Positions 25,371 through 37,791 are shown, numbered from the stretch's first letter. The stretch is DNA of 64,000 nt from an uncultured Hydrogenophaga sp. (GCF_958439165.2 NZ_CAXXQI010000004.1:14135-78134); one strand, 5' to 3'. A program made the numbers and translations. Notes: generated by a model not told the origin, from the sequence alone.

Positions 25371-26147
25371 TCAGTCGTCTTCGGCGGATTCCGGCTTCGG
25401 CTTGACGAACCACCGGGCACCCCAGATGCCCAGCTCGTAGAGGATGCACATGGGCACCGCCAGCGCCAGCTGCGAGATCACGTCCGGCGGCGTGACCACC
25501 GCAGCGATGATGAATGCGATGACGATGAAGTAGCCCCGGAAATCCTTGAGCTTCTGGATCGTCACCATGCCCATCTTGACCAGCAGGATCACCACGATGG
25601 GCACCTGGAAGGCCAGACCGAACGCCAGGTAGAGCGACAGGATGGCCTCCACGTAGGAAGCAATGTCCGGGGTGGCGGCCACGCTGGCAGGCGTGAACTG
25701 CTGGATGAACCCGAACATCTTGTCCAGAACGAAGAACTGGACAAAGGCGATGCCGACATACGCGAGCAGGCTGCCCAGCACGATCAGCGGAATGGCAAAG
25801 CGCTTTTCATGGCTGTAGAGGCCCGGGGCCACAAAGGCCCATGCCTGGTACATCCACCAGGGGAGCGACAGCAGGAAGGCGGCCATGGCCAGCACCTTCA
25901 GGGGCACGAAGAACGGCGAGAACACGCCGACCGCGATGAGCTTGGCATCCGGAGGCATGTGGGCCTTGATGGGCACCGCGATCAGGTCGATCAGCCCGCC
26001 GGGGCCTGGCCAGAGGGCCAGTGCAATCATGCAGAGGGCCAGACCGATCACGCCGTACAGCAGTCGGTCGCGCAGCTCCACCAGGTGCTGGACGAAAGGC
26101 TGCTCGGTCCCGGCGAGTTCGTCGGTGGAATTCGGGGAGTCGGACAT
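25371..26147 (-). CDS. tatC: Twin-arginine translocase TatC
   Basis: HLVELRDRL, FVAPGLY.HE, TPPD. Confidence 0.96.
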   Translation of the reverse strand: MSDSPNSTDELAGTEQPFVQHLVELRDRLLYGVIGLALCMIALALWPGPGGLIDLIAVPIKAHMPPDAKLIAVGVFSPFFVPLKVLAMAAFLLSLPWWMYQAWAFVAPGLYSHEKRFAIPLIVLGSLLAYVGIAFVQFFVLDKMFGFIQQFTPASVAATPDIASYVEAILSLYLAFGLAFQVPIVVILLVKMGMVTIQKLKDFRGYFIVIAFIIAAVVTPPDVISQLALAVPMCILYELGIWGARWFVKPKPESAEDD

Positions 26148-26638
26148 CAGCGTGGAGCGGAGGTGGAACGGGGCCGGAACCGGGCCACACGGGCTGCGCC
26201 GGACTGGGTCCGGGTGCGCACGCCGGCGCGGGCCTTGAACCATTGCGGCATCGCCTTCTGCTTGACGCGCCAGTTCTTGCGGGGATGCCGGTAGGTCGGG
26301 TAGGACGGGTCGTGGATCGACGATCCGGGCTCGGACAGCGGCTCGTTCATGTCCAGGCCGGCCGTTGCCTCGGACCAGGATTTCTCGAAATCCTGGGTGG
26401 TGGCATTGACGGAGCCCTGAACGTCGCGCGCCGCGTTCTCGACCGAGTCCTTCATCTTGCGAAGCTCTTCGAGCTCCATGGACCGGTTGACCTCTGCCTT
26501 GACGTCGGCCACGTACCGCTGGGCCTTGCCCAGCAGCGTGCCGACGGTGCGCGCCACGCGCGGCAGTTTTTCAGGGCCGATCACGATCAGCGCCACCGCC
26601 CCGATGAGGGCGAGCTTGGAGATGCCCAGATCAATCAT
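26147..26638 (-). CDS. tatB: Twin-arginine translocase TatB
   Basis: MIDLG...VIGPEKLP. Confidence 0.95.
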   Translation of the reverse strand: MIDLGISKLALIGAVALIVIGPEKLPRVARTVGTLLGKAQRYVADVKAEVNRSMELEELRKMKDSVENAARDVQGSVNATTQDFEKSWSEATAGLDMNEPLSEPGSSIHDPSYPTYRHPRKNWRVKQKAMPQWFKARAGVRTRTQSGAARVARFRPRSTSAPR

Positions 26639-26722
26639 GTGTCGGCAGTCGGAAGAGCAGAACGGTCATGCCGCAAGGACTGGCGACCCGGTGGGTCCCG
26701 CCTTGCCGGCATGGGCGGGCCA

Positions 26723-26956
26723 TCAGCTTTTCTGCTTGGCTTCGACGTCGATCGTGGCCTTCTCGGCGGCAGTGTTCTGGGTCACTTGCTGGGCAGGTGC
26801 TGCCTCGGCGTTCTGCCCGCCTTCCTTCATGCCGTCCTTGAAGCCCTTGACGGCGCCACCGAGGTCGGAACCCAGGTTCTTGAGCTTCTTGGTGCCGAAG
26901 ACCAGGACCACGATGGCCAGAACGATCAGCCAATGCCAGACGGAAAACGTACCCAT
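26723..26956 (-). CDS. tatA: Twin-arginine translocase TatA
   Basis: WHWLIV..FGTKKL..GSDLG..VKGFK. Confidence 0.96.
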   Translation of the reverse strand: MGTFSVWHWLIVLAIVVLVFGTKKLKNLGSDLGGAVKGFKDGMKEGGQNAEAAPAQQVTQNTAAEKATIDVEAKQKS

Positions 26957-27084
26957 GGAAATCTCCAGATGATGAATTCAGGGCGCAGTGCGCATCGCCT
27001 GCGATTCTACGCCCGGGGTTGTAGGGAACTGATGACACCAGGGGCTTGACCCGGCTGGCGTGGAAGCAGGCTGCCCTGCTCGCG

Positions 27085-27447
27085 TCAGCCTCGCGACCAG
27101 GGGCGTGGACCGCCCATGACGTGGATGTGGAGGTGATGCACCTCCTGCCCGCCTTCGGCACCGGTGTTGCACACGATGCGGAAGCCGCCGTCAGGATACG
27201 GGTTGCAGCCCTGCTCGGCCGCCAGGCGCGGGATCAACGTCATCATGCGACCCATCAGGGCAGCATCGTCGGGCCCGATGTGGGCCATGGACGCAATATG
27301 CCGCTTGGGAACCAGGAGAAAGTGTACCGGCGCCCACGGCTGGATGTCGTGAAAAACCAGAATGTCCTCGTCCTCGTGGACCTTTCGGCAAGGAATCTGG
27401 CCGGCAACGATCTTGCAGAAGATGCAGTTCGGGTCGTGGTTGCTCAT
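27085..27447 (-). CDS. Histidine triad nucleotide-binding protein (HinT-like)
   Basis: CIFCKI, HLHIH triad. Confidence 0.93.
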   Translation of the reverse strand: MSNHDPNCIFCKIVAGQIPCRKVHEDEDILVFHDIQPWAPVHFLLVPKRHIASMAHIGPDDAALMGRMMTLIPRLAAEQGCNPYPDGGFRIVCNTGAEGGQEVHHLHIHVMGGPRPWSRG

Positions 27448-27833
27448 GTGGGTAGAGGCTGACTGGCGTTCATCGCCACCATGCCCTTGATGATGCGGTA
27501 GAGGAACCAGATGGAGATGGCCGCCCAGGCCAGCATTCCCGGAATGAGCAGGGCCAGCCAGAGCGGGGCCGTCAGCAGGTACAGGAGCGCGGCCCAGATG
27601 ACGGTGCGGATGCGCCAGCGGAAATGGCTGGCCTGCCAGGTGCCAGCGGCCTCTTCGCGCTTCACCAGATCGATGATGAGCGCCACGATCAGCAGCGCGA
27701 CTCCCGGCTGGGTGCCCGGGATGACCGCACCCACGGCGACGATCAGGTGCAGGGCGTAGCTCAGCCAGCCCACCGTCTTGAGCGACTGTGCCCGCTCGCT
27801 GTCGGCAGCGGGGGACGTGTCTTGTTCGTTCAT
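27444..27833 (-). CDS. DUF4870-like small membrane protein
   Basis: Several TM helices, SHFRWRIRT and YRIIKG motifs; lies within the his-tat operon. Confidence 0.75.
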   Translation of the reverse strand: MNEQDTSPAADSERAQSLKTVGWLSYALHLIVAVGAVIPGTQPGVALLIVALIIDLVKREEAAGTWQASHFRWRIRTVIWAALLYLLTAPLWLALLIPGMLAWAAISIWFLYRIIKGMVAMNASQPLPT

Positions 27834-27855
27834 GGCTGCTCCGGGTGGTGGACGG

Positions 27856-28221
27856 TCACTCGCCGGCCTCGCGCGCCTGGGCCTTCCGCAGAGCCTTCTC
27901 CTCCAGACCGCTCAGCCCTTCGCGGCGGACCAGTTCGGCGATGACATCGGCCGGACCCAGACCGTAATGGGCCAAGGCGATCATGCAATGAAACCACAGA
28001 TCGGCGGTCTCGTTGACCAGCTTGCTGCGGTCACCGCCGTGATCGGCATCCTTGGCCGCCATCACCAGCTCGGTCGCCTCTTCGCCCACCTTTTTCAGGA
28101 AAGCGTCCGGCCCCTTGTGCAGCAGACGGGCAACGTAGCTCTTGTCCGGGTCGCCACCCTGGGACGGCTTGCGGGATTCGATCACGGCAGCCAGCCGCTC
28201 CAGGTCGTCGGTCAGGGCCAT
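27856..28221 (-). CDS. hisE: Phosphoribosyl-ATP diphosphatase
   Basis: [23 protein letters not shown]. Confidence 0.96.
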   Translation of the reverse strand: MALTDDLERLAAVIESRKPSQGGDPDKSYVARLLHKGPDAFLKKVGEEATELVMAAKDADHGGDRSKLVNETADLWFHCMIALAHYGLGPADVIAELVRREGLSGLEEKALRKAQAREAGE

Positions 28222-28225
28222 GGTG

Positions 28226-28615
28226 TCACTTGTAGATGGAGGTCGGATCCTTCAGGACCGGTTCGACGGTGTGCCATGCACCCGCCTCGTAGCGCTGGAA
28301 GAAACAGCTGTGGCGGCCCGTGTGGCAGGCGATCCCGGGATCGTGGCCCAGCTGGGTCACCTTGAGCAGCACGACATCGTTGTCGCAGTCGAGCCGGATG
28401 TCATGCACGGTCTGTACATGGCCGGACTCCTCACCCTTGAACCAGAGTTTCCCGCGCGAGCGGCTGAAGTAGACCGCGCGTCCCAGCTCGGCGGTCTTGG
28501 CCAGGGCTTCGCGGTTCATCCACGCAAACATGAGCACATCCCCGGTGGCAGCCTCCTGCGCGATCACCGGCACCAGACCCTGTTCATCCCATTTGACGGT
28601 TTCGAGCCAGTCCAT
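28226..28615 (-). CDS. hisI: Phosphoribosyl-AMP cyclohydrolase
   Basis: [25 protein letters not shown]. Confidence 0.96.
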   Translation of the reverse strand: MDWLETVKWDEQGLVPVIAQEAATGDVLMFAWMNREALAKTAELGRAVYFSRSRGKLWFKGEESGHVQTVHDIRLDCDNDVVLLKVTQLGHDPGIACHTGRHSCFFQRYEAGAWHTVEPVLKDPTSIYK

Positions 28616-29394
28616 CAAAGCCTCACCGGAATGCCGCGCTCGGCCATGCGGGCCTTGGCCTGCCCGACCGTGTACTCGCCATAGTGGAAGATGCTGGCGG
28701 CCAGCACCGCGTCGGCCCGCCCCTCCTGCACGCCGTCGGCCAGATGATCCAGGTTGCCGACACCGCCGGAAGCGATCACCGGCACCGGCACTGCATCGGC
28801 CACGGCGCGGGTCAGCGCCAGATCGAAGCCGGACTTGGTGCCGTCCCGGTCCATGCTGGTGAGCAGGATCTCGCCCGCCCCGAATTCGGCCATCTGCCGG
28901 GCCCAGGCCACGGCATCGAGTCCGGTGTTCTTGCGGCCACCGTGGCTGTAGACATCCCAGCCTGCGCCTCGGGCCAGGAGGTCGTCCCCCTGGCGGCGTT
29001 TGGCGTCGATGGCCACCACGATGCACTGCGAACCATACTTGTCGGCCGCCTCGCGGATGACCGGCGGGTGGGCGATGGCTGCCGAGTTGAAGCTGGTCTT
29101 GTCGGCGCCGGCGTTGAGCAGGCGGCGCACGTCTTCAACCGTGCGGACACCACCGCCGACCGTCAAGGGAATGAACACCTGGGATGCCACGGCCTCGATG
29201 ATGGGCAGGATCAGGTCGCGGCCATCGGAGGTGGCGGTGATGTCCAGGAAGGTGAGTTCGTCTGCGCCCTGCTCGTTGTAGCGGGCGGCTATCTCGACCG
29301 GGTCGCCGGCGTCACGCAGCTCGACGAAATTGACGCCCTTGACCACCCGGCCACCGGTGACATCCAGGCAGGGGATGATGCGTTTAGCCAGCAT
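28615..29394 (-). CDS. hisF: Imidazole glycerol phosphate synthase cyclase subunit
   Basis: [19 protein letters not shown]. Confidence 0.97.
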   Translation of the reverse strand: MLAKRIIPCLDVTGGRVVKGVNFVELRDAGDPVEIAARYNEQGADELTFLDITATSDGRDLILPIIEAVASQVFIPLTVGGGVRTVEDVRRLLNAGADKTSFNSAAIAHPPVIREAADKYGSQCIVVAIDAKRRQGDDLLARGAGWDVYSHGGRKNTGLDAVAWARQMAEFGAGEILLTSMDRDGTKSGFDLALTRAVADAVPVPVIASGGVGNLDHLADGVQEGRADAVLAASIFHYGEYTVGQAKARMAERGIPVRL

Positions 29395-29399
29395 GAAGA

Positions 29400-30140
29400 C
29401 TAGCCATTGAGTTCGTCCGCCAGCTTCTGGGCGGCCTCGAAATCGAGATCGCCGGTGTAGATGGAACGACCGCAGATCACGCCTTCCACACCCTCGTCCT
29501 CCACGGCGCAAAGGCGACGGATGTCCTCGATGTCGGAGAGGCCGCCCGAAGCGATGATCGGGATGGTGAGCGACTGCGCCAGCTTGACCGTGGCCTCGAT
29601 GTTGATGCCGCTGAGCATGCCGTCGCGGCCGATGTCGGTGTAGATGATGGATTCGACGCCGTAATCCTCGAACTTGCGGGCCAGGTCGGTCACTTCGTGG
29701 CCGGTGAGCTTGCTCCAGCCATCGGTGGCGACCTTGCCGTCCTTGGCGTCGAGGCCGACGATGATGTGCCCGCCGAAAGCGGTGCAGGCGTCCTGCAGGA
29801 AACCCGGGTTCTTGACCGCTGCAGTGCCGATGATCACGTAGCGCAGCCCGGCGTCGAGGTAGCGCTCGATGGTGTCGAGGTCCCGGATGCCGCCGCCCAG
29901 CTGGACATCGACCTCCGACCCGACCTCCTTGAGGATCGCGCGGATGGCCTGCTCGTTCTTGGGCTTGCCGGCGAAGGCGCCGTTCAGGTCGACCAGATGA
30001 ACCCGGCGGGCGCCCCGGTTGACCCAGTTGCGGGCCATGGCCGCAGGGTCTTCACCGAACACCGTCGATTGGTCCATGTCGCCCTGTTTGAGGCGAACAC
30101 ACTGGCCGTCTTTCAGATCAATGGCAGGAATCAGCAGCAT
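29400..30140 (-). CDS. hisA: ProFAR isomerase
   Basis: [24 protein letters not shown]. Confidence 0.97.
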   Translation of the reverse strand: MLLIPAIDLKDGQCVRLKQGDMDQSTVFGEDPAAMARNWVNRGARRVHLVDLNGAFAGKPKNEQAIRAILKEVGSEVDVQLGGGIRDLDTIERYLDAGLRYVIIGTAAVKNPGFLQDACTAFGGHIIVGLDAKDGKVATDGWSKLTGHEVTDLARKFEDYGVESIIYTDIGRDGMLSGINIEATVKLAQSLTIPIIASGGLSDIEDIRRLCAVEDEGVEGVICGRSIYTGDLDFEAAQKLADELNG

Positions 30141-30161
30141 GATGGGCAGTAGCGCAGGCGC

Positions 30162-30824
30162 TCAGGGTTGCCAGGTGAGGAAGTTGCGGTAGAGCGCCAG
30201 GCCTTGGGCCGCGCTTTTTTCCGGGTGGAACTGGGTGGCGAAAATGTTATCCCGCGCCACGGCCGACGCAAACCGTCCGCCGTAATCGGTCTCGCCGGCC
30301 ACATGGGCGGCAGCGGCAGGGCGGGCGTGAAAGCTGTGCACGAAATAGAAGTAGGAGCCGTCAGGGATGCCCTGCCAGAGCCGGTGCGAAGGCGCCTGCG
30401 ACATGTCGTGGAACACCCGGTTCCACCCCATCTGCGGAATCTTGAACCGGCTGCCATCGGCTTGCAGACGTCCTTCCAGCTGGAACCGGACCACATCACC
30501 AGGGATCAGCCCCAGACCGTCGGTGGGACCTTCCTCGCTGCGGTCCAGCAGCATCTGCATGCCCACGCACACGCCGAAGAGCGGCTTGTTGGCAGCTGCA
30601 TGCAGCACGGCGTCGAGCAGGCCGGAGGTCGAGAGTTCGCGCATGCAGTCGGCCATGTGGCCCTGACCGGGCAGCACCACCCGCCCGGCGTTCATGACGG
30701 CGGCCGCGTCCGAAGTGACGATCACGTCCACTCCGCTGCCCTGAGCGGCATGGATGACCGCCTGCGAGACCGAGCGCAGGTTGCCGCTGCCGTAGTCGAC
30801 CACGGCGACTGTCTGGGATTTCAT
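30162..30824 (-). CDS. hisH: Imidazole glycerol phosphate synthase glutaminase subunit
   Basis: DYGSGNL.SV, GVCVGMQ, QFHPEKS. Confidence 0.97.
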   Translation of the reverse strand: MKSQTVAVVDYGSGNLRSVSQAVIHAAQGSGVDVIVTSDAAAVMNAGRVVLPGQGHMADCMRELSTSGLLDAVLHAAANKPLFGVCVGMQMLLDRSEEGPTDGLGLIPGDVVRFQLEGRLQADGSRFKIPQMGWNRVFHDMSQAPSHRLWQGIPDGSYFYFVHSFHARPAAAAHVAGETDYGGRFASAVARDNIFATQFHPEKSAAQGLALYRNFLTWQP

Positions 30825-30837
30825 CGGACCGGTGTGC

Positions 30838-31467
30838 TCAGAGCGAGCCCTTGGTGGAGGGAATCACGTCGCCCATGCGCGGGTCGCGCTCGATGGCCAT
30901 GCGCACAGCCCGGGCAAAAGCCTTGAACACGGTCTCGGCCTGGTGGTGAGCGTTCTCGCCGTGCAGGTTGTCGATGTGCAGCGTCACGCCGGCATGGTTG
31001 ACGAAGCCCTGGAAGAACTCGTAGGCCAGCTGGGTGTCGAAGGCGCCAACCATGCCGCTCTTGAACGGCACCCGCATGTGCAGCCCCGGACGGCCGGAAA
31101 AGTCGATGACCACCCGCGACAGCGCTTCGTCCAGCGGCACATAGGCGTGGCCGTACCGGCGGATGCCCTTCTTGTCGCCCACGGCCTGGGCAAACGCCTG
31201 TCCCAGGGTGATGCCCACGTCTTCCACGGTGTGGTGTCCGTCGATGTGCAGGTCACCGACAGCCTGGATCTGGAGATCGATCAGCCCGTGGCGGGCGATC
31301 TGGTCGAGCATGTGATCGAAGAAGCCGATGCCGGTGGACAGCACCGAGGTCCCCGCTCCGTCGAGGTTGATGCGCACACCGATCTGCGTCTCGCTGGTGT
31401 TGCGCTGCACGTCGGCGGTGCGGTCGCCGGGACGCGGCACAGGGAAGGCGGTGGGCGTGGAGGTCAT
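30838..31467 (-). CDS. hisB: Imidazoleglycerol-phosphate dehydratase
   Basis: [26 protein letters not shown]. Confidence 0.97.
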   Translation of the reverse strand: MTSTPTAFPVPRPGDRTADVQRNTSETQIGVRINLDGAGTSVLSTGIGFFDHMLDQIARHGLIDLQIQAVGDLHIDGHHTVEDVGITLGQAFAQAVGDKKGIRRYGHAYVPLDEALSRVVIDFSGRPGLHMRVPFKSGMVGAFDTQLAYEFFQGFVNHAGVTLHIDNLHGENAHHQAETVFKAFARAVRMAIERDPRMGDVIPSTKGSL

Positions 31468-32558
31468 AGGACGGAGGGGAAGGCGCTCAGGAGCGATGCG
31501 TTTTCGGCGGGGGTTCCCACCGTCAGCCGCAGGCAGCGGGCCAGCAACGGGTGCATTTTAGAAACATTCTTGACCAGCAGACCGCGGGCCTTGAGACCGT
31601 CAAAGGCCCGCTGGGCATCGGGCACGCGCACCAGCACCATGTTGCCCTCGCTGGGGAAGGGCTCGACGCCGGGCATGGCGGCCAGCGCAGCGATCAGCGA
31701 CGCCCGCTCGCGACGGATCTCGGCGGCCTGTTCGGCGAACACCGTCTGGTGTTCCAGTGCGAACAGCGCACATTCGGCGTTGAGCACGCTGATGTTGTAG
31801 GGCGGGCGGAGCTTGTCGACCTCGGCCACCAGCCGGGCTGCCCCGACCATGTAGCCGATCCGCACACCCGCCAGGCCGAACTTGGAGAGCGTGCGCATGA
31901 GCAGCACGTTGGCATGCGCCTGCGGGTCGGCGCGCATGGCGTCGAGCCAGGTGGTGCTGGAAAACGGCTGATACGCCTCGTCCATGACCACCAGTCCGCC
32001 GAACGCCGCTGCCTCGTCGATCAGCCGGCGGATCACGCCGGCGTCCCACAGGTTGGCGGTGGGGTTGTTGGGGTAGGCCAGGTAGGTGATGGCCGGGCGG
32101 TGCTGGCGCAGGGCCGCCACCATGGCGGCCTCGTCGAGCTGGAAATCGGCCGTCAAAGGCACACCATGGAAATCCAGGCCCTGCAGGCGCGCGCTCATGG
32201 CGTACATCACAAAACCCGGTTCCGGCGCGAGGATGCTGGCGCCGGGCCGGTCGCAGCCCATGGCCAGCAGGGAAATGAGTTCGTCCGAGCCGTTGCCCAG
32301 CATCAGGCCGAAGCCGGGCGGCAGGTCGACATGCGCGGCCAGCGCCGCCTTGAGATCGTCCACCCGGGGGCCGGGGTAACGGTTCAGCGCCACGGCGCCG
32401 AGCCGTTCGCCAAGCGCCTGCTGCAGGGGCTGCGGCAGGCTGTACGGGTTCTCCATGGCGTCCAGCTTGACCATGCCGGAGGCATCCTGCACCGCATAGG
32501 CGTGCATGGACTGCACGTCCTGGCGGATCATCACCAGGGGGTCGGGTCGCTGGCTCAT
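31464..32558 (-). CDS. hisC: Histidinol-phosphate aminotransferase
   Basis: [28 protein letters not shown]. Confidence 0.96.
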   Translation of the reverse strand: MSQRPDPLVMIRQDVQSMHAYAVQDASGMVKLDAMENPYSLPQPLQQALGERLGAVALNRYPGPRVDDLKAALAAHVDLPPGFGLMLGNGSDELISLLAMGCDRPGASILAPEPGFVMYAMSARLQGLDFHGVPLTADFQLDEAAMVAALRQHRPAITYLAYPNNPTANLWDAGVIRRLIDEAAAFGGLVVMDEAYQPFSSTTWLDAMRADPQAHANVLLMRTLSKFGLAGVRIGYMVGAARLVAEVDKLRPPYNISVLNAECALFALEHQTVFAEQAAEIRRERASLIAALAAMPGVEPFPSEGNMVLVRVPDAQRAFDGLKARGLLVKNVSKMHPLLARCLRLTVGTPAENASLLSAFPSVL

Positions 32559-33910
32559 GCACCACCCCGCATCGGCGGCACCGGGTCCAGCCGGAGTTCG
32601 GCGGCGCGGGCGTGGGCCTGCAGCCCCTCTCCGTAGGCCAGCTCGGCAGCCACCTGGCCCAGCGATTGGGCGCCAGCGGCACTCACCTCGATCAGGCTGC
32701 TGCGTTTCTGGAAGTCGTACACGCCCAGCGGCGAGCTGAAACGGGCCGTGCCGCTGGTGGGCAGCACGTGGTTGGGGCCGGCGCAGTAGTCGCCCAGGCT
32801 TTCGCTGGTGTAGGCGCCCAGGAAGATGGCGCCAGCGTGCTTGAGCAGCGGTTCCCACTGGTGCGGATCGCGGCTGGACACCTCCAGGTGTTCCGGCGCG
32901 ATGCGGTTGCTGATGGCGCAGGCCTCTTCCATGCTGCGGGTGTGGATGAGCGCACCGCGGTCGTTCAGGCTCTTGGCGATGATGGCCGCGCGCGGCATGG
33001 TGGGCAGCAGCCGGTCGATGGCGGCCTGCACCGCGTCGATGTAGGCCGCGTCCGGGCACAGCAGGATGCTCTGGGCCAGCTCGTCGTGCTCGGCCTGGCT
33101 GAACAGATCCATGGCCACCCACTCGGCCGGCGTGGTGCCGTCGGCCAGCACCAGGATCTCGCTGGGGCCGGCGATCATGTCGATGCCCACGGTGCCGAAC
33201 ACATGCTTCTTGGCACTGGCCACATAGGCATTGCCCGGACCGGTGATCTTGTCGACCTTCGGCACGGTGGCCGTGCCGTAAGCCAGGGCAGCCACCGCCT
33301 GTGCACCGCCGATGGTGAAGGCGCGCGACACACCGGCCACATGGGCGGCGGCCAGCACCAGGGGGTTGCGCTCGCCGCGCGGCGTGGGCACCACCATGAT
33401 GATCTCGGCCACGCCGGCCACGTGCGCCGGAATGGCGTTCATGAGCACGCTCGACGGATAGGCCGCCTTGCCGCCGGGCACATAGATGCCCACCCGGTCG
33501 AGCGGGGTCACCTTCTGGCCCAGCAGGGTGCCGTCTTCGTCGCGGTAGGTCCAGCTCTCGCCGCTGGCCCGCTTCTGGGCCTCGTGGTAGCTGCGCACCC
33601 GGCGGGCGGCGGCTTCCAGGGCCTGGCGCTGGGCGGCCGGCAGGCTGTCGAAGGCCGCCTTCAGCTCGACCTGGGTGAGTTCCAGCGCCTTCAGGCTGTC
33701 GACCTGCAGGCCGTCGAACCGGGCGGTGTACTCCAGCACAGCGGCGTCTCCACGGACGCGCACGTCGGCCAGGATGTCGGCCACCCGCTGCTCAATGGCG
33801 CCATCGGTCTCGGCCGACCAGTGCAGGCGCTGTGAGAAGGCGGTTTCGAAATCGGACTGGGCGGTGGACAGGCGCAGGGGTTTCGCCTGCAGCGAAAGGG
33901 GGGCGTTCAT
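32555..33910 (-). CDS. hisD: Histidinol dehydrogenase
   Basis: [33 protein letters not shown]. Confidence 0.97.
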   Translation of the reverse strand: MNAPLSLQAKPLRLSTAQSDFETAFSQRLHWSAETDGAIEQRVADILADVRVRGDAAVLEYTARFDGLQVDSLKALELTQVELKAAFDSLPAAQRQALEAAARRVRSYHEAQKRASGESWTYRDEDGTLLGQKVTPLDRVGIYVPGGKAAYPSSVLMNAIPAHVAGVAEIIMVVPTPRGERNPLVLAAAHVAGVSRAFTIGGAQAVAALAYGTATVPKVDKITGPGNAYVASAKKHVFGTVGIDMIAGPSEILVLADGTTPAEWVAMDLFSQAEHDELAQSILLCPDAAYIDAVQAAIDRLLPTMPRAAIIAKSLNDRGALIHTRSMEEACAISNRIAPEHLEVSSRDPHQWEPLLKHAGAIFLGAYTSESLGDYCAGPNHVLPTSGTARFSSPLGVYDFQKRSSLIEVSAAGAQSLGQVAAELAYGEGLQAHARAAELRLDPVPPMRGGA

Positions 33911-34566
33911 GTGAGGGCCTCCTGCACGGTGGCAGCGGCAAAGGCGTCGAGCAGCGGACGCAGGCGGGCCTGCTTGAGCTTGAGCGACGCCTGGTTGACC
34001 ACCAGCCGCGAGCTGATGTCCATGATGCGTTCCACCTCCACCAGCTGGTTGGCCTTGAGGGTGTTGCCGGTGGAGACCAGATCGACGATGGCGTCGGCCA
34101 GGCCGGTCAGGGGTGCCAGCTCCATGCTGCCGTAGAGCTTGATCAGGTCCACATGCACACCCTTGGTGGCGAAGAACTCGCGGGCGATGGTGGTGTACTT
34201 GGTGGCCACGCGCAGGCGCGAGCCCTGCCGGACTGCGGTGGCGTAGTCGAAGTCGGAACGCACCGCCACGCTCACGCGGCAGCGCGCAATGCGCAGATCG
34301 AGAGGCTGGTACAGCCCCTGGCCGCCGTGCTCGATGAGGGTGTCCTTGCCGGTCACGCCCAGGTCGGCTCCCCCGTGTTCCACATAGGTGGGCACATCGG
34401 TGGCGCGCACCAGCACCACCCGCACGCCGGGCTGGTTTGTCGGCAGGATCAGCTTGCGCGACTTTTCGGGATCTTCGAGCACCTCGATGCCGGCCGCCTG
34501 GAGCAGCGGCAGGGTCTCGTCGAAGATGCGGCCCTTGGACAGGGCCAGGGTGATGGTGTCGTTCAT
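33907..34566 (-). CDS. hisG: ATP phosphoribosyltransferase, short form (HisZ-dependent)
   Basis: [25 protein letters not shown]; 219 aa, no C-terminal regulatory domain. Confidence 0.96.
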   Translation of the reverse strand: MNDTITLALSKGRIFDETLPLLQAAGIEVLEDPEKSRKLILPTNQPGVRVVLVRATDVPTYVEHGGADLGVTGKDTLIEHGGQGLYQPLDLRIARCRVSVAVRSDFDYATAVRQGSRLRVATKYTTIAREFFATKGVHVDLIKLYGSMELAPLTGLADAIVDLVSTGNTLKANQLVEVERIMDISSRLVVNQASLKLKQARLRPLLDAFAAATVQEALT

Positions 34567-35840
34567 GAGATGCGTTCGATATCGGCCCCGATGGCGCGCA
34601 GCTTGGCTTCCATCTGGTCGTAGCCGCGGTCGAGGTGGTAGATGCGGTCGACCACCGTCTCGCCATCGGCCACCAGTCCGGCGATCACGAGGCTGGCGGA
34701 TGCACGCAGGTCGGTGGCCATCACGGTGGCACCCGACAGGCGCTGCACGCCCTCGATGACCGCCACCTTGCCGTCGGTCTGGATGTGGGCCCCCAGCCGC
34801 ACCAGCTCGTTCACGTGCATGAACCGGTTTTCGAAGATGGTCTCGGTGACCTTGCTGGTGCCCTGCGAGATGCAGTTGAGCGCCATGAACTGGGCCTGCA
34901 TGTCGGTCGGGAAGCCGGGGTATTCGGTGGTGCGGAAGGTCTGGGCCTTCAGGCGCCCGCTGGCGCGGATGCGGATGAAGTCACCGGCGGCATTGCGGCC
35001 CGCCTCGATCTCGGCCCCCGCCTCCAGCAGCTTGTCGATGACGGCGTCCAGGTGGTCGGCGCGGCCGTGGCGCAGCACCACGTCCCCGCCGGTGGCGGCC
35101 ACCGCGCACAGAAAGGTGCCGGCCTCGATGCGGTCGGCCACCACGCGGTGGGTGCAGTCCTGCAGGCGGTCGACCCCCTGCACATGGATGCGGCTGGTGC
35201 CGTGCCCTTCGATCCGCGCGCCCATGGCGATCAGCATCTCGGCCAGATCACCGATCTCCGGTTCCTGGGCTGCGTTTTCCAGCAGGGTCTCGCCCTCGGC
35301 CAGGGCGGCTGCCATCAGGAAGTTCTCGGTCCCGGTGACCGTGACCATGTCGGTGGCAATGCGCGCACCGTGCAGCCGGCTGCGGCCGGCCGGCAGGCGG
35401 GCCACCATGTAGCCGTGCTCGACAACGATCTCGGCACCCATGGCCTGCATGCCCTTGATGTGCTGGTCGACCGGGCGCGAGCCGATGGCGCAACCGCCGG
35501 GCAGCGACACCTTGGCATGGCCGAAACGGGCCAGCAGCGGCCCGAGCACCAGCACCGACGCCCGCATGGTCTTGACCAGGTCGTAGGGCGCTTCCGGACG
35601 CAGGGTGTCGGGCGCCCGCAGCGTGACGCTGCCGGGCTCGTCGGTGCGGGTCTGCACGCCCATGTTCTCCAGCAGCTGACGCATGGTCGTGACGTCGCGC
35701 AGCCGCGGCACGTTCTGCAGCGTCACCGGTGCTTCGGTCAGCAGGGCTGCGCACAGCTCGGGCAGGGCCGCGTTCTTGGCCCCGGAGACCGGCACCTCGC
35801 CGCTCAGGGTGTTGCCACCTCGGATTCGGAGTTTGTCCAT
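34563..35840 (-). CDS. murA: UDP-N-acetylglucosamine 1-carboxyvinyltransferase
   Basis: [29 protein letters not shown]. Confidence 0.98.
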   Translation of the reverse strand: MDKLRIRGGNTLSGEVPVSGAKNAALPELCAALLTEAPVTLQNVPRLRDVTTMRQLLENMGVQTRTDEPGSVTLRAPDTLRPEAPYDLVKTMRASVLVLGPLLARFGHAKVSLPGGCAIGSRPVDQHIKGMQAMGAEIVVEHGYMVARLPAGRSRLHGARIATDMVTVTGTENFLMAAALAEGETLLENAAQEPEIGDLAEMLIAMGARIEGHGTSRIHVQGVDRLQDCTHRVVADRIEAGTFLCAVAATGGDVVLRHGRADHLDAVIDKLLEAGAEIEAGRNAAGDFIRIRASGRLKAQTFRTTEYPGFPTDMQAQFMALNCISQGTSKVTETIFENRFMHVNELVRLGAHIQTDGKVAVIEGVQRLSGATVMATDLRASASLVIAGLVADGETVVDRIYHLDRGYDQMEAKLRAIGADIERIS

Positions 35841-35841
35841 G

Positions 35842-36081
35842 TCAGGCCTGTGCCGCCCATTCGGCGGGGGTATGGGTCTTCATCGAGAGGGCATGGACCT
35901 CGTCGGTGCGGATGCGTTCACCCAGCGTGGCATACACCCGCTGGTGGCGCTGGATCAGCCGCAGCCCTTCGAAGGCCGGCGAGACGATCACGGCAGCCCA
36001 GTGCCGACCGTCGCCGGTGACCTCGATGTGATCGCACGGCAGTCCGGCAGCGATGATGTTCTGAAGGTCTTGGGCAGTCAT
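35842..36081 (-). CDS. BolA/IbaG family protein
   Basis: [22 protein letters not shown]; upstream of murA. Confidence 0.92.
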   Translation of the reverse strand: MTAQDLQNIIAAGLPCDHIEVTGDGRHWAAVIVSPAFEGLRLIQRHQRVYATLGERIRTDEVHALSMKTHTPAEWAAQA

Positions 36082-36082
36082 G

Positions 36083-36838
36083 TCAGTGTCGGATCTTGTA
36101 GCCGGTCTTGAGGAGGTGCAGGGCCAGCAGGCTCACGGCCGCCAGGGCGGTGGCCACCAGACCCAGGCTGACCCACGGCGAGACGTCGCTCTGGCCGAAA
36201 AAGCCGTAGCGGAAGCCGTCGATCATGTAGAAGAAGGGGTTGAGGTGGCTGACCTGCTGCCAGAAAGCAGGCAGGGAGTGGATGGAGTAGAACACGCCCG
36301 AGAGGAAGGTCATGGGCACGATGATGAAGTTCTGGAAGGCCGCCATCTGGTCGAACTTCTCGGCCCAGAGGCCGGCGATCACGCCGAGCGCACCCAGCAG
36401 GGCGGCGCCCATCAGGCCGAAAGCCACGATCCACAGCGGGGCCACCACGGTCGGCTGGGCGAACCACCAGGTGGCCAGCATCACGCCGGCACCCACCGCC
36501 ATGCCGCGGACCACCGACGATCCCACATAGGCCACGAACCAGGCCCGGTGCGAGAGCGGCGTGAGCAGCAGGAAGACCAGGTTGCCCATGATCTTGCTCT
36601 GGATGAGCGAGCTGCTGCTGTTGGCAAAGGCGTTCTGCAGCACGCTCATCATCACCAGCCCGGGCAGGAGGAAGGCGGTGTAGCTGACCGAGTCGTACAC
36701 CTCCACCCGGTCTTCCAGCACGTGACCGAAGATCAGCAGGTACAGGATGGCCGTGATGACCGGCGCTGCCACCGTCTGGAAACCGACCTTCCAGAACCGC
36801 AGCACCTCCTTGTAGAACAGGGTCTGCCAGCCGGTCAT
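36083..36838 (-). CDS. ABC-2 permease (YadH-like)
   Basis: KEVLRF, LPGLVMM, FLSGVFYS, NPFFYMIDGFRY. Confidence 0.9.
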   Translation of the reverse strand: MTGWQTLFYKEVLRFWKVGFQTVAAPVITAILYLLIFGHVLEDRVEVYDSVSYTAFLLPGLVMMSVLQNAFANSSSSLIQSKIMGNLVFLLLTPLSHRAWFVAYVGSSVVRGMAVGAGVMLATWWFAQPTVVAPLWIVAFGLMGAALLGALGVIAGLWAEKFDQMAAFQNFIIVPMTFLSGVFYSIHSLPAFWQQVSHLNPFFYMIDGFRYGFFGQSDVSPWVSLGLVATALAAVSLLALHLLKTGYKIRH

Positions 36839-37791
36839 GCTGCCACCTCTTCTTCAGCGGCGGCGGCTGGCGGTGCCGCCACGGGCGAGGGCGTGCCGGT
36901 CAGGGCCAGGAAGACGTCTTCCAGATCGGGCTTGCGGATCTCGATGTCCTCGGGCGTGACGCCGGCCTCCCGCAATCGGGCCAGTGTCCGCTCGACCGCC
37001 AGGGCATCGGTGACCGGCAGCTGCACCACCCGGCCGGTGACGCGGGCCTGGCTGGCCAGATCGACCGGAAGCGCCGCGTCGGTCTTGAACCGCAGCACCT
37101 GCGAGGAAGAACGGGCCAGCAGGGACGATGTGCTTTCCAGTGCCACCACATGCCCCTGCTTGAGCATCGCGATGCGGTTGCACAAGGCCTCGGCCTCTTC
37201 CAGGTAGTGGGTGGTCAGCAGCACGGTGCTGCCCAGCCGCTTGTTCAGGCCGGAAATGAACTGCCACAGGGTCTGGCGCAGCTCCACATCCACGCCCGCA
37301 GTGGGCTCGTCGAGCACGATGACCGGCGGCTTGTGCACCAGCGCCTGCGCGATCAGCACGCGGCGCTTCATGCCGCCGGAGAGCTGGCGCATGTTGGCGT
37401 TGGCCTTGTCCGCCAGACCGAGGCCGGTCAGCAGCTCGTCGATCCAGTCGTCGTTGTGGCGCACGCCGAAATACCCGGACTGAATGCGCAGCGCCTCGCG
37501 CACGTTGAAGAACGGATCGAACACCAGTTCCTGGGGCACGACGCCCAGCTGACGGCGGGCAGCCTGGTAATCGGCCTGGACATCGTGGCCCAGCACCGTC
37601 ACCCGGCCTTCGGTGGCACGACTGAGGCCGGCCAGGATGCTGATGAGAGTGGTCTTGCCGGCACCATTCGGCCCGAGCAGGCCGAAGAACTCACCGGGCT
37701 CGATGTCGAAGGACACCGAACTCAGGGCCTGGAAGGCTCCACGCGCGGTGCGGTAAGTCTTGGAAACGTTCTGGAAGGAAACAGCAGGCAT
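36835..37791 (-). CDS. ABC transporter ATP-binding protein (YadG-like)
   Basis: GPNGAGKT, LSGGMK, LDEPT, TTHY. Confidence 0.92.
   Translation of the reverse strand: MPAVSFQNVSKTYRTARGAFQALSSVSFDIEPGEFFGLLGPNGAGKTTLISILAGLSRATEGRVTVLGHDVQADYQAARRQLGVVPQELVFDPFFNVREALRIQSGYFGVRHNDDWIDELLTGLGLADKANANMRQLSGGMKRRVLIAQALVHKPPVIVLDEPTAGVDVELRQTLWQFISGLNKRLGSTVLLTTHYLEEAEALCNRIAMLKQGHVVALESTSSLLARSSSQVLRFKTDAALPVDLASQARVTGRVVQLPVTDALAVERTLARLREAGVTPEDIEIRKPDLEDVFLALTGTPSPVAAPPAAAAEEEVAA

Noticed and set aside
33907-34566. HisG appears truncated
   Set aside because: Normal short-form HisG that works with HisZ encoded elsewhere
31464-34666. Apparent long N-terminal extensions of hisC and hisD (also hisI, petC, dgt) in the ORF track
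   Set aside because: The extensions overlap upstream genes; internal ATGs with stop/start overlaps give normal lengths
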